Assembly: GCA_038229595.1 (NCBI GenBank)
Contig: JBBROH010000001.1
Location: 50,633 to 114,632 of the forward strand
DNA from: Chloroflexia bacterium
GTDB taxonomy: Bacteria > Chloroflexota > Chloroflexia > QHBQ01
DNA length: 64,000 nt
Direction of reading: 5' to 3'
Shown: piece after piece, positions 9,132 through 19,269 of the stretch
Layout of the letters: each line of letters begins with the position of its first letter
How positions within the stretch are numbered: the first letter of the stretch is position 1
The notes under the pieces: generated by a model
Database searches by the model: none
Told to the model about the DNA's origin: nothing
What the model saw: the letters and a program-made list of their open reading frames with translations, nothing else
Made by a program: the position numbers and the translations under genes

Positions 9132-10481
9132 CTATGACTTGAGGAAAGCGAGGTTTGGGTAGCCGTCGCCAACAACGAGGCTGGGGTCGGCTCCCAGCCA
9201 GTTACGTAGCACGGAGCCGTAGACCGCGCGGAAGTCTATGTTGAACTTGAGGTCGCCATTGTCGAGGTCGGTCAGGCTGGGGTGATTGCCGTATACCCCA
9301 CCACGAATGCCGCCGCTGATCAGGAACATAGGCAGGGCAGTGCCGTGGTCGGTACCCCCGCTGCCATTCTCCTTGACCCGCCGCCCGAACTCGCTGAAGG
9401 TCATCAGCAGCACGTCATCGGTGCGCCCGGCTGCTTCGAGGTCGATGAAGAAGGCGTTAACCGCATCGTCGAAGTTCTTCATCAGCAGGTCATGCACCGT
9501 CTTCTCGTTGGCATGGGTGTCGAAGCCGCCGCTGGTGATGTAGTAAATCTGCGTCTCTAGCCCGCTGCCGATCATCTGGGCCACCATCTTGAGGCCGTCG
9601 CTGAAGGGGTTCTTGGCCGCCGCCGTGCCATAATCGCCCTTGACCTGATAGTTGCTGACAATCTTCTTCAGCGTCGCGCTGCTGCCGAGGGCATCCAGGG
9701 CCGCCCGGCGGATGTAGTCCTCGTACTCACCATGTTGGCTGGCGGCATCGCAAATCTGCTCAATCACATCTAGCTGCGCGCTCTGATCCTTCGGGTAGCG
9801 GGTATCCGTCTGGAAGGCGTAGCTGTTGAGGCTGGCGATGGAGGGGACGAGCGTGGTGCTGTCCCAGAAGGTGCGTGGTAGCTGGCTGCCGATGTTGGCA
9901 GCGCGGAAGGCGGCATCACGGGCGGCCTGGTCGTCGGCGGCGGACGCATCAAGGTAGCGACCGAGCCAGCCACTGGCGGTGCCGCCTGCCTTCTCTGGCG
10001 CAGCGGTCTGCCAGATTTCCATGCTGCGAAAGTGCGAACGGTTGGGGTTGGGGTAGCCTACCCCCTGAATTACGGCCACGTTGCCGCCCTGGTAGAGCCG
10101 CTTGAGGTTACGCAGGCTGGGGCTGAGGCCCACCTTGCCATCGAGGTCGAGTACCTGCGTCTGTGGCACCGCCAGGGTCTGGCGAACCTGGTAGAAGGCG
10201 GGGTCGCTGTAGGGGATTACAGTATTGAGGCCGTCGTTGCCGCCAGTGAACTGCACGACAACGAGGATGCGCTTGCCGATGGCATGGTCGCTGACCGCTT
10301 GCTGGCCCGCGGCCTGGGCTGCTGCCGCGCCACTGTTGACGGCGGTGGCGGCGTGCGCGCTGGCGATTGCGTCACGCCCTTGCAGGGCAGCCGCACCCTT
10401 GACCAGGAAGGTCGGCGCGCCAATGCCGATAGCCGACATGATCGCGCCCCGTTTGAGGAAGTCACGTCTGGAGACTGTCAT
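9132..10481 (-). CDS. DUF1501 family protein with Tat signal
   Basis: Twin-arginine signal MTVSRRDFLKRGA. Sulfatase-like motifs FTGGNDGLNT and FSEFGRR..ENGSGGTDHG. Confidence 0.85.
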   Translation of the reverse strand: MTVSRRDFLKRGAIMSAIGIGAPTFLVKGAAALQGRDAIASAHAATAVNSGAAAAQAAGQQAVSDHAIGKRILVVVQFTGGNDGLNTVIPYSDPAFYQVRQTLAVPQTQVLDLDGKVGLSPSLRNLKRLYQGGNVAVIQGVGYPNPNRSHFRSMEIWQTAAPEKAGGTASGWLGRYLDASAADDQAARDAAFRAANIGSQLPRTFWDSTTLVPSIASLNSYAFQTDTRYPKDQSAQLDVIEQICDAASQHGEYEDYIRRAALDALGSSATLKKIVSNYQVKGDYGTAAAKNPFSDGLKMVAQMIGSGLETQIYYITSGGFDTHANEKTVHDLLMKNFDDAVNAFFIDLEAAGRTDDVLLMTFSEFGRRVKENGSGGTDHGTALPMFLISGGIRGGVYGNHPSLTDLDNGDLKFNIDFRAVYGSVLRNWLGADPSLVVGDGYPNLAFLKS

Positions 10482-10525
10482 CTTCTTACCCTCTCAAGGC
10501 GCAGGGTTTGCGCCCACATACTACT

Positions 10526-11845
10526 TCAGTTCAACTGGTAGGCTGGCGAGGCAACAACGAGGTGGGTCAGGCCACGCGCCTTACCATCCGCGTCGGCGTT
10601 GGTGTGGCTGAGGTCAACATTGCTGGCGTAATCGCGCAACTTCTGGCGCACGCCGTCGCTAACGTTGTTGTCGGTCAGCAGGCCAAGCAGGTAGTTGGTC
10701 GCATCGCCACCGTTGCTGGCATTGTTGTTGTGCAGCAGGCCGAGAATGTCGGTGTAGAGTGGCTTGCCCTTGTCGCGCTGGCTGAGAATACTATTGGCGA
10801 CGTTGGCGCGAGCGAAGTAGGTGTTGGTCGAGACCCAGTCTGTTCCCCAATCCCAGCCCTTCACGCTCGGTGGGTTATAGAGTTCCATACCCATTTGGCG
10901 CATTGCAATCGCCAGCATCTTGTTCGGGTTGCTAACCCCCAGCGACTTGACCATACCCACCAGGTAGTCGGCAGGTGACTTGACCTGCGCCCGATAGTTA
11001 GCTTCACTTTGGAACTCGTCGCTGCTGAGGATCGCCTGCACCATTGCGCGCACGCTGTACTGGCTGTCAAAATAAACCTTGCTGATGCTGCTGACGAAAC
11101 CCTCGCTGGGCTGGTCGGTGACAAAGAAGGTGATCAGCTTGTGAGCAAGGAAGCGACCAGCAGCGGGCTGGCGTAGGGCAATGTCGATCACGTCGTCGCC
11201 ATTGAGCGTCCCGCTCTGGCCCAGCACCGTCTTGTTGCCACCATCGTGTTGGGTCTTGTTAAAGTAGAAGGCACCCATGCGCTCGAACCAGCCAGTGAAG
11301 GCACGGGCCGACTCCTTAACATCTTGTTCGCTGTAGTTGCCAATGCCGAGGGTGAACAACTCGAACAATTCCCGCGCCCAGTTCTCGTTTGGTGAACCCT
11401 TGCGATTGGTGTTGCTGTCTAGCCAGCGCAGCATGGCCGGGTCGCGGGCAACAGCCTTGACCATTACATCGAAGTTGTCTAGCGCGTGTTGGCGAAAGAG
11501 GTTATTCTGTCGCTGCATCGCCACTGCGTCCTTCACCTTGTCGTAGCCGGTGGCGAAATGGTTGTGCCAAAAGAGGGTCATCTTCTCCTCTAGCGGGCGG
11601 TTGGTGTAGATCATCCGCAGCAACCAGTAATACTGTACGTCCTGTATCTTAGCCGGGTCGAGAGCCGTCCCCTCGCGGGCCAAGATCGCGTCCAACGCGC
11701 TGTTATCTGCGTCCTGGTAGTTCAGCAAGCGGTCAACCGCTGCGTTGTGGTCAAGAGCGGCGAAGTCTGCAAGCTCGCCTGGGTTGCCGCCGAAGCCAAC
11801 CCGCCGCAGCAGGTGCGCTGCTATCTGTTGCCTGGTCAATGCCAT
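10526..11845 (-). CDS. DUF1800 family protein
   Basis: HLLRRVGFGG N-terminal motif and WHNHFAT. Canonical partner located upstream of DUF1501. Confidence 0.85.
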   Translation of the reverse strand: MALTRQQIAAHLLRRVGFGGNPGELADFAALDHNAAVDRLLNYQDADNSALDAILAREGTALDPAKIQDVQYYWLLRMIYTNRPLEEKMTLFWHNHFATGYDKVKDAVAMQRQNNLFRQHALDNFDVMVKAVARDPAMLRWLDSNTNRKGSPNENWARELFELFTLGIGNYSEQDVKESARAFTGWFERMGAFYFNKTQHDGGNKTVLGQSGTLNGDDVIDIALRQPAAGRFLAHKLITFFVTDQPSEGFVSSISKVYFDSQYSVRAMVQAILSSDEFQSEANYRAQVKSPADYLVGMVKSLGVSNPNKMLAIAMRQMGMELYNPPSVKGWDWGTDWVSTNTYFARANVANSILSQRDKGKPLYTDILGLLHNNNASNGGDATNYLLGLLTDNNVSDGVRQKLRDYASNVDLSHTNADADGKARGLTHLVVASPAYQLN

Positions 11846-12073
11846 CTCAGTTCTACCTTTCCTGCGTGTCCAGCCTAACCTGCCTGGTTGCTACGTTACT
11901 CCCATATCATACTTGAGGGAGGTAAACGTGTGATTAGCGCAGCGTAAAATGCTTGTAAAACAGCAGGGTAGAGTGGAACAGGCACAGAGAAAGGAGTATT
12001 AGTTAGCAGGCAAGCAGCAATGCTGCGCCCCCTTTGTGCGGTTGGCTAGCCCGTCAGTTGCCGCCCCTACTGG

Positions 12074-13528
12074 CTAGTGGGCGGTCACCAGGCTAGTGCT
12101 GGGGCGGACAGCTTCGGTGGTCAATTCGTCCATCAAGCTGTTTAGCTGGCTGGCCGTACCTGCCAGTTGCTCGCTGAGGGTGGCGGTCTGGCTAGAAAGG
12201 TCGGCTACTCCCTCCATCGCGGCGACGATCAGGCGCGTAGCCTTGCCCTGCTGCTCGGTGGAACTAACAATCAGGTAACTCTCCCGCGTCACCTCGTCTA
12301 CTTGGCGGGCCAGTTCGCTGATCCTCTGCTCGGTAGTGCTGCTAGATTGCTGGCTCTGGTGTACCGAGGTGACGGCCTGGGTTGCGTCACGCAGCATAAC
12401 CTGCACAGTACCTTGCATTGCGGCTACCAGTTCGCTGATCTGGCCGACAGCCGTGTTCACTTTGCTTGCCAGCTTGCCCACTTCGCTTGCGACGACGGCA
12501 AAGCGTTTGCCCGCTGCCCCCGCCCCTGCCGCTTCGATGGTGGCGTTGAGGCTAAGGAGGTGGGTTTCGTCAGCGATCTCGGTGATCAAGGCCAGTACGT
12601 GGCTGACCTGGGCGACACGGCTCTCAACCTGGCGGGCAGCGGACTGCATTTGTTCGCCAGCGAGGGCGGCGCGGTTGAGTTGCTCACGGTCGCCAGCGAG
12701 GCTGCGGCTGGAGTCCTCGGCCTGGCGGGTGGTCTGCTCGCTGCTGTCGCGCACCCGCCGAGCCGAGTTAGCGATTTGCTCGGCGGTGGCAGAGAGTTCC
12801 GCCACCTGCGCTCTCACCTCCTGGAGCGAACTGGCCGCCCCCCGTGCTGCCCCCCGTTGCTGCTGGCTGCTGCTCATCAGGCCATCGGCCATGCCGCCAG
12901 CTCGCAGCTTCGCCAGTTGCTCTCGCTCAACCCCCGCTTCAATGGTCAACAGGGCTTGCTGGGCGCGGGCAGCATTCCGCTGGGCAGTACGCGCTGTTTG
13001 CTGCTGGGCATTAGCAAACAGGGTGAGTAGCACAGCAATGATCAGGTTGGCGATGAGAATGGTAACCACATCAACAACGTTCTGCCCCGCAGCCGAACCA
13101 AAAGAGACAGCTATCAGGTAGGCTACGGCGGCGAATGCGGCCACTGGTGGGATCGCCCGTCCCCCGATCAGCACCCCTGCCAGGGCAATGCTCACGGTGT
13201 AGCCAAAGACGCTGGTGCTGGAGGGGGATTGGGAGATTGCGATACTCGCCAGCAGGATCGGGGCAACTGCACTGAGATACTTTGCAACATCAAGCCGGAA
13301 GCGGGCGGCAACGATGATCGCCAGCCCGATGCCGAGTGCCATTATCTCAGCAATGATAGAAAGCTGGCTGCCATCAGAGAGGTCTCGCGACAGGCTGTAG
13401 ATGCCGACCCCAACAGTAGCCACGCCCATCAGATATAGTACCCAGCGAGTATTCCGTTCGCTACTGTCAACTTCTTGCATTGCGCTAACTTCCCCTCTTG
13501 CTGCCTCGGTTGCTACTGCCCACTCCAT
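12074..13528 (-). CDS. methyl-accepting chemotaxis protein (multi-TM N-terminus)
   Basis: MCP signalling-domain core ETHLLSLNATIEAAGAGAAGKRFAVVASEVGKLA. Polytopic N-terminal region. An alternative start at 13480 is possible. Confidence 0.85.
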   Translation of the reverse strand: MEWAVATEAARGEVSAMQEVDSSERNTRWVLYLMGVATVGVGIYSLSRDLSDGSQLSIIAEIMALGIGLAIIVAARFRLDVAKYLSAVAPILLASIAISQSPSSTSVFGYTVSIALAGVLIGGRAIPPVAAFAAVAYLIAVSFGSAAGQNVVDVVTILIANLIIAVLLTLFANAQQQTARTAQRNAARAQQALLTIEAGVEREQLAKLRAGGMADGLMSSSQQQRGAARGAASSLQEVRAQVAELSATAEQIANSARRVRDSSEQTTRQAEDSSRSLAGDREQLNRAALAGEQMQSAARQVESRVAQVSHVLALITEIADETHLLSLNATIEAAGAGAAGKRFAVVASEVGKLASKVNTAVGQISELVAAMQGTVQVMLRDATQAVTSVHQSQQSSSTTEQRISELARQVDEVTRESYLIVSSTEQQGKATRLIVAAMEGVADLSSQTATLSEQLAGTASQLNSLMDELTTEAVRPSTSLVTAH

Positions 13529-13665
13529 CCGCCGGTTAGGCCTTCATCGGCCAGCAGTGGGTAGCGGGGGTCATTATCCCGGTTCTACTGCTGTCTGTGT
13601 CACTTATTATAGCACCAATAGGAGGTTTGGTCAACATCAGCATAGCAGCCACTGGTAGCCGCTGA

Positions 13666-13689
13666 CCTTACCAAACGCCTTACCAAACG
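13666..13689. repeat. 12-nt direct repeat x2 in a divergent intergenic region
   Basis: CCTTACCAAACG occurs twice in tandem. Confidence 0.8.
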
Positions 13690-13807
13690 CCATACTTGCA
13701 GACTGGCATGTGCGTCCCTGCAACAACGCTGCTGGCACGCTGCGTGCTTGTTGATGCTGGCCTGCTCTGCCGTAAGAGAGTGAGCAACAAAGACAGGGGG
13801 TAGAGGA

Positions 13808-14947
13808 TTGGCTTCGGCTGAAAGATCGTCGTTCAACAGCTTCTTTATGGCTGGGTTCGAGTGTTCCACTCATGTTCTGCGCGATGGGCGGCGGCTGGAC
13901 CTGGTGGCCGCGACCGACCACCAGCGTTTCGCCGCCGCCGACTACGCGCGCATCCGCGAACAAGGGCTGCTGACCGCCCGTGAGGGCATCCGCTGGCACC
14001 TGATCGAGCTATCGCCCTACCGCTATGATTGGAGCAGCGTGCTGCCAATCTTGCGGGCGGCCCGCGCCAATGGGGTGCAGGTAATCTGGGACATCATCCA
14101 CTTTGGGTGGCCGCCCGACCTGGACATCTTCAGCCCTGAGTTCGTGCGTCGCTATGTCGCGCTTGCCCGCGCCTTTGCCCAACTGCTGGTTGCTGAAGGG
14201 GAGATGGTGCCGTTCATCGCCCCAGTCAACGAAATCTCCTTCTTCGCCTGGGCCGGGGCGAGCGTCGCTTACATCAACCCCTTCGTTGGTGGTCGTGGTG
14301 ACGAGTTGAAGGAGCAACTGGTGCGCTGCGTGATCGCGGGCATCGAAGCGATCCGTGAGGTTGCCCCCGCAGCCCGCTTTGTCCACCCCGACCCGACAAT
14401 CAATGTCGTCGCCAATCCCCGCCGCAAGGGGCAGCAGGGGGCGGCGCGTAGCGCAACCCAGGCGATGTTCGAGGGGTGGGACATGATCGCAGGGCGCAAG
14501 GCTCTGCACCTGGGTGGGCGGCCCGACTACCTGGACATCATCGGCATCAACTTCTACCCGCACAACCAGCGGCTACTTGACCCACCGACCACGATCCGCC
14601 GCGGCCACCCGCTGTTTCGCAACTTTCGCCACATCCTGACCGAAGTCCACAACCGCTACCACCGCCCGATCATCGTCTCCGAGACGGGGGCCGACGGTGA
14701 CGAGCGGGCGGACTGGCTGCGCTACATGGGCCGCGAGGTGCGCCTGGCCCAGTTGGCGGGGGCGGCAGTGGAGGGAGTCTGCCTCTATCCGATCCTCAAC
14801 TTCCCCTGGTGGGACGACGACCAGCATCTCTACAATGCGCTGTGGGATTATGCCGACGAGCAGGGAGAGCGCGAGATTTACGCGCCGCTGGCGGCAGAGT
14901 TGGCCGAGCAGCAGAGCTTGTTTGCCCAGCCAGCGGTGGCGGTGTAG
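13808..14947 (+). CDS. clan GH-A (TIM-barrel) glycoside-hydrolase-like protein
   Basis: Candidate acid/base motif VNEISFF and nucleophile motif IIVSETGA. N-terminus FFMAGFECSTH. TTG start; ATG 13847 is an alternative. Confidence 0.6.
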   Translation: MASAERSSFNSFFMAGFECSTHVLRDGRRLDLVAATDHQRFAAADYARIREQGLLTAREGIRWHLIELSPYRYDWSSVLPILRAARANGVQVIWDIIHFGWPPDLDIFSPEFVRRYVALARAFAQLLVAEGEMVPFIAPVNEISFFAWAGASVAYINPFVGGRGDELKEQLVRCVIAGIEAIREVAPAARFVHPDPTINVVANPRRKGQQGAARSATQAMFEGWDMIAGRKALHLGGRPDYLDIIGINFYPHNQRLLDPPTTIRRGHPLFRNFRHILTEVHNRYHRPIIVSETGADGDERADWLRYMGREVRLAQLAGAAVEGVCLYPILNFPWWDDDQHLYNALWDYADEQGEREIYAPLAAELAEQQSLFAQPAVAV

Positions 14948-14950
14948 CTG

Positions 14951-16132
14951 ATGAATGAGCGACTGAGCCAGCTAGCGATCCTGGTGACGCGGCCACCTCT
15001 CCCCAACCTCTGCCTGTTTACTGACAGCGAGGAGCCGAGCGGGGTAGGTGAACATATGCTGACCCTGGCTGCCGAGTTGCGCACCAGTTTCGCGATCACC
15101 TTCGTCTGTCCACCAAGCCCCGCAGGCCTGGTCTTCCTCAAACGCGCCGCCCGCCTCGGCCTGGGCATACTGCCCCTGGCTGCACCCTACCACGAGCGAG
15201 CAGCGGTGGCCGAACTGGAACGCTGGTTGGCTGCCAACCCCTGCGATATCTTCCATGTCCACGCGGGGATCGGTTGGGAGGGGTTTGGCGGGGTCGAGGC
15301 GGCGCGGGCAGCAGGTGTGCGGGCGATAGTGCGGACAGAACACCTACCCTACCTGCTCACCCACCCGGCCCAGCAGCTTGACCACCGCCGCATCGTGGGC
15401 AATGTGGATCGCCTGATCTGCGTCTCCGAGGCCGCCCGCCAGAGCTTTGCCGCCAGCGGACTACCAGCCAGCCGCCTGCGCGTCGTCCACAATGGCATTC
15501 CCACGCTGCCGCTTTATGGCGACCGTCAGGCGGTGCGTACTGAGCTTGCTCTGCCAGACGACGCGCCGTTGGTGCTAACTGTCGGGCGGCTGGTCGAGCA
15601 AAAGGGCCACCGCTACCTGCTAGCCGCGATCCCCTCTATTCTGGCGCAGGTGCCTGCTGCCCAGTTCCTCTGGGTGGGCGAAGGGCCGCTGCGGGGGATA
15701 TTGCAGGCAGAGTCTGCTGCCCGTGGTCTCAACGTCCAACTGCTGGGCCGCCGCGACGATGTGCCACGCCTGCTGGCTGCCGCCGACCTGTTCGTGCTAC
15801 CGTCCTTGTTCGAGGGCTTGCCGCTAGTGGTGCTAGAGGCGATGGCTGCTGGCCTGCCCGTGGTTGGTACTAACGTTTCTGGTACCAGTGAAGTAGTGCG
15901 CGATGGGGTGAGTGGGCGACTGGTGCCAGCCGCCGATGCGCCCGCCCTGGCTGCCGCGATCAGCAGCCTCCTGACCAACCCGGCCCTGGCCCGCCAGATG
16001 GGGGCCGCCGGGCGCGATTGGGGCCGCGCCCACTTTAGTGCGGCGCGCATGGCCGCAGAGACAGCCGCGATCTACCGCGAGTTGCTGACCTACAATACAC
16101 CCTACTATGTGACGAACGCAGCAGAGGTTTAA
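14951..16132 (+). CDS. glycosyltransferase family 4
   Basis: GT-B C-terminal motif LPSLFEGLPLVVLEAMAAGLPVVGT. Confidence 0.85.
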   Translation: MNERLSQLAILVTRPPLPNLCLFTDSEEPSGVGEHMLTLAAELRTSFAITFVCPPSPAGLVFLKRAARLGLGILPLAAPYHERAAVAELERWLAANPCDIFHVHAGIGWEGFGGVEAARAAGVRAIVRTEHLPYLLTHPAQQLDHRRIVGNVDRLICVSEAARQSFAASGLPASRLRVVHNGIPTLPLYGDRQAVRTELALPDDAPLVLTVGRLVEQKGHRYLLAAIPSILAQVPAAQFLWVGEGPLRGILQAESAARGLNVQLLGRRDDVPRLLAAADLFVLPSLFEGLPLVVLEAMAAGLPVVGTNVSGTSEVVRDGVSGRLVPAADAPALAAAISSLLTNPALARQMGAAGRDWGRAHFSAARMAAETAAIYRELLTYNTPYYVTNAAEV

Positions 16133-16159
16133 GCAAACAAAGGAGAGAAGGTAGCAAAG

Positions 16160-17122
16160 ATGATAAAGACACGAATCGGTTTTATCGGTGCGGGCGGCAT
16201 CGCCAGCCGCCACCTGGGTGACTTGCTTGGTTTTGAGGATGTGCAGGTGGTTGCTCTGGCTGACCCCGCGACCGAGCGGGCGCAGGAGCAGGCTGCCCGC
16301 TGCGGTGGCAAGGTCTACAGCGACTACCGCCAGATGTTGGACAGCGAGCAGCTAGACGCGCTCTATATCTGCGTGCCGCCCTTCGCGCACGGTGGGCCAG
16401 AGTTGGCAGCGGTCGAGCGTGGCCTACCCTTCTTCGTCGAGAAGCCGCTGGCCGTCACTGGCGAGGCCGCCCAGCAGATCGCCGACGCGCTAGCCGCAAA
16501 GGGGCTGGTGACGGCGGTTGGCTACCACTGGCGTTACTTGGATACGGTGGCCGAGGCCCAGGAGTTGCTGGCCCAGAATCCCGCACGCCTGGCCCTCGGC
16601 TACTGGCTGGACAGCACGCCCCCACCTGCCTGGTGGCGGCACCAGGCCGAGTCGGGCGGCCAAATGGTGGAGCAGACTACCCATATCTTCGATCTCGCCC
16701 GCCTGCTGATTGGTGACGTAGAGCAAGTCTACGCCAGCGGCGCGACCAAACAGCGCGCCCTGTTCCCCGACCTTGACCTGTTCGATGTAACGGCGGCCAC
16801 CCTCAACTTTGCGGGCGGGGCAATCGGCACGCTCGCCTCCACCTGCCTGCTCAATTGGCCGCACCGGGTGGGGCTGCACCTGTTCAGCGAAGGCATGGCG
16901 ATTGAGTTGACCGAGTTCGAGATCATGGTGGATGTGGGGCGGGGGCGGCCAACCCGCCGGGCTGAGGGCGACCCCTTCGTGCGCGAAGACCGCGACTTTG
17001 TAGACGCGGTGCAGGGCAAGCCCAATCGCATCCGTTCGCCCTACAGCGAAGCCCTCAAAACGCACTTGCTGACCACCGCCGCCGAACGCTCTGCCCGCGA
17101 GGGGCTGGCGATCAAGCTCTAA
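16160..17122 (+). CDS. Gfo/Idh/MocA family oxidoreductase
   Basis: N-terminal Rossmann motif RIGFIGAGGIASRH, followed by EKPLA. Confidence 0.85.
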   Translation: MIKTRIGFIGAGGIASRHLGDLLGFEDVQVVALADPATERAQEQAARCGGKVYSDYRQMLDSEQLDALYICVPPFAHGGPELAAVERGLPFFVEKPLAVTGEAAQQIADALAAKGLVTAVGYHWRYLDTVAEAQELLAQNPARLALGYWLDSTPPPAWWRHQAESGGQMVEQTTHIFDLARLLIGDVEQVYASGATKQRALFPDLDLFDVTAATLNFAGGAIGTLASTCLLNWPHRVGLHLFSEGMAIELTEFEIMVDVGRGRPTRRAEGDPFVREDRDFVDAVQGKPNRIRSPYSEALKTHLLTTAAERSAREGLAIKL

Positions 17123-17164
17123 CCCGCCTACCTTGCCGCTGGCAGGGGCGAAAGGAATAGCACC

Positions 17165-18094
17165 TTGACCAAACCACTGACTTTCGGCTGGATCATGCAG
17201 CCCGCCCTGTTCAACGACCCACCCGGCCTGTCCGCTAGCGACCCCAGCATCGCCCGCGCCAACATCGCGGCCAACGAGCAGCACGTGGAGATTGCCCGTG
17301 CTGCTGGGGTAGACACGATCTGGGTCGAAGACCACATGGGCTGGGGTGACAAGGCCCACCTTGAGTGCTTTACCAACATGGCCTGGCTGGCAGGACGGCA
17401 CCCCGGCCTGCGCTGGGGGACGATGGTCTGCGGACAAGCCTTCCGCAACCCCGCTTACCTGGCGAAGCTGGCCGCCAACATGCACCTGCTCACCGAGGGC
17501 CGCTTCATCCTCGGCATTGGCGCGGGCAACAACCCCGGCGAACACCACGAGTACGGCTACCAGTTCCTCCCCCCTGGCGAGCGTGTCGCCCAAACCGAGG
17601 AGGCGATCAAGGTGATCAAGGCTCTCTGGCAGGACAGCCCCGCCAGCTTCCAGGGCAAGTATTACCAGATCGACGGGGCCTTCAGTTCGCCGCGACCCGA
17701 CGGCCCCCTCCCCCTGATGATCGGCGGCATGGGCGAGAAGAAGCTGCTGCGCCTGGTAGCCGAGCAAGGCGACTGGTGGTGCAGCGACATCGCCCCGCTG
17801 GAGGTCTTCCGCCACAAAGTCGGCGTGCTACGCGACCACTGCGCGGCGGTGGGCCGTGACCCGCAGGCGATCACCAACGCCCAGGTGACCTGGATCAGCG
17901 TGGAGGACCACTCGGCGCAGGCTACCCGCTGGGATAATCTGCACATCGTGGCGGGCAACCCCGACGAGGTGGCGGCTGAGTTGCGCGCCTTTCATGAGGC
18001 AGGGGCTGACCACTTCCAGATGCGCTTTATGGACTACCCCAACCCGGCGGGCTTCGAGCGGTTCACTAGCAAGGTACTGCCCCAACTACGATGA
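17165..18094 (+). CDS. LLM-class (luciferase-like) flavin/F420-dependent oxidoreductase
   Basis: Luciferase-like pattern: ...VEDH...GRFILGIGAG...PPLMIGG.GEKK.LRLVA. Confidence 0.8.
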   Translation: MTKPLTFGWIMQPALFNDPPGLSASDPSIARANIAANEQHVEIARAAGVDTIWVEDHMGWGDKAHLECFTNMAWLAGRHPGLRWGTMVCGQAFRNPAYLAKLAANMHLLTEGRFILGIGAGNNPGEHHEYGYQFLPPGERVAQTEEAIKVIKALWQDSPASFQGKYYQIDGAFSSPRPDGPLPLMIGGMGEKKLLRLVAEQGDWWCSDIAPLEVFRHKVGVLRDHCAAVGRDPQAITNAQVTWISVEDHSAQATRWDNLHIVAGNPDEVAAELRAFHEAGADHFQMRFMDYPNPAGFERFTSKVLPQLR

Positions 18095-19263
18095 ACAACG
18101 AAAGCCAGCCCCTCTCGCTCCCTGCCAACGGGGGGCCGCCAGCCGCTAGACCGCGACGAGTGCTGTTCGTCTTTGCCTGGCTGGTGGTTGGGGGTGAGGA
18201 GACGGAGGTGCGGCTGCTGGCGAAGCACCTTGACCCCGCCCGCTACCAGCTTGAGGTGGTCGCTTGCTTCCGCCAGCCGAACATGGCCGAGCAGACCCAC
18301 CAGCAACTGGAAGCGATGGGCGTGCTGGTTGACCGCACACCCTACGACCTCTGCTACGAGGATACTGTCGCCTACTTGGCAGCCAAGTTCCCAGCCTACG
18401 ACCTGATCGTGGCCTGTCAGGCGGTGCCAGATGTCTACCCTGCCCTGGAGATGTTGAGCGCGAGGCCGCCACTGATCGAGCATGGCGGGTTGGTGGTAGA
18501 GGCTCTGCGTGGCCCGAAGCACCTCACTGCTCGCTACGTCGGCGTGTGCGCCACGATCCGCGACGCGGCGGCGGCCAGAATGCCAGGCCGCGAACAGCAC
18601 GCGCTAGAAATCCCCTCAATGGTTGACCTTGACGAGTTCGACCCGGCAGCACGGGCTGCAGTGCGGGCTGAGTGGGGGATCGCTGCTGACACACTGGTGG
18701 TCGGCTGGGTGGGGCGGCTGGATCGCAAGAAGCGGGTGGAGGACTTCATCCAGGCTGCTGCCCGCCTGCGCCGCCAGCACCCCCCCGCCCGCTTCGTGGT
18801 GATCGGCGGGCCGGATGCTTTCATGCCAGAGTACGGGGCCGAACTGCATCAGTTGGCGGCCCGGCTGGGGCTGGGTGGAGCGATCATCTTCACTGGCGAC
18901 CGCCCCGATGTGCCACGCTTGCTGGCGGGGCTGGACGTATTCTGCTGGCTAGCGCGGGGCGAGGGGATGCCGCACGTGATCGCCGAGGCCGGGGCCGCCC
19001 GCCTGCCCGTGGTCGCCACCCGCGATAATGGCACCGCCGAGCAGATCGAGGATGGGGTAAGCGGCCTGTTCGTGCCGCACGAGCGACCTGTCGCCCTGGC
19101 TGCCACCCTCAACGTGCTGCTGGACGACCTGGAGGTGCGCCAACTGCTGGGCGACAACCTGAGGGCGAAGGTGGAACAGGCGTACAGCGCGCGGGTAGTC
19201 ACCCGCCAGTGGGAGCGGCTGTTCGACGAGGTGATCGCTGAGGCGGCGGCTGGTGGGAGATAG
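18091..19263 (+). CDS. glycosyltransferase family 4
   Basis: ARGEGMPHVIAEAGAARLPVVAT motif. Start overlaps the upstream stop codon (ATGA). Confidence 0.85.
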   Translation: MNNESQPLSLPANGGPPAARPRRVLFVFAWLVVGGEETEVRLLAKHLDPARYQLEVVACFRQPNMAEQTHQQLEAMGVLVDRTPYDLCYEDTVAYLAAKFPAYDLIVACQAVPDVYPALEMLSARPPLIEHGGLVVEALRGPKHLTARYVGVCATIRDAAAARMPGREQHALEIPSMVDLDEFDPAARAAVRAEWGIAADTLVVGWVGRLDRKKRVEDFIQAAARLRRQHPPARFVVIGGPDAFMPEYGAELHQLAARLGLGGAIIFTGDRPDVPRLLAGLDVFCWLARGEGMPHVIAEAGAARLPVVATRDNGTAEQIEDGVSGLFVPHERPVALAATLNVLLDDLEVRQLLGDNLRAKVEQAYSARVVTRQWERLFDEVIAEAAAGGR

Positions 19264-19269
19264 CCGCCC

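Noticed and set aside
16490-17815. 441-aa minus-strand ORF
   Set aside because: It is antisense to the well-supported Gfo/Idh/MocA and LLM oxidoreductase genes. Its composition is G/A/P/R-rich and low in complexity, typical of shadow ORFs in GC-rich DNA. No motifs.
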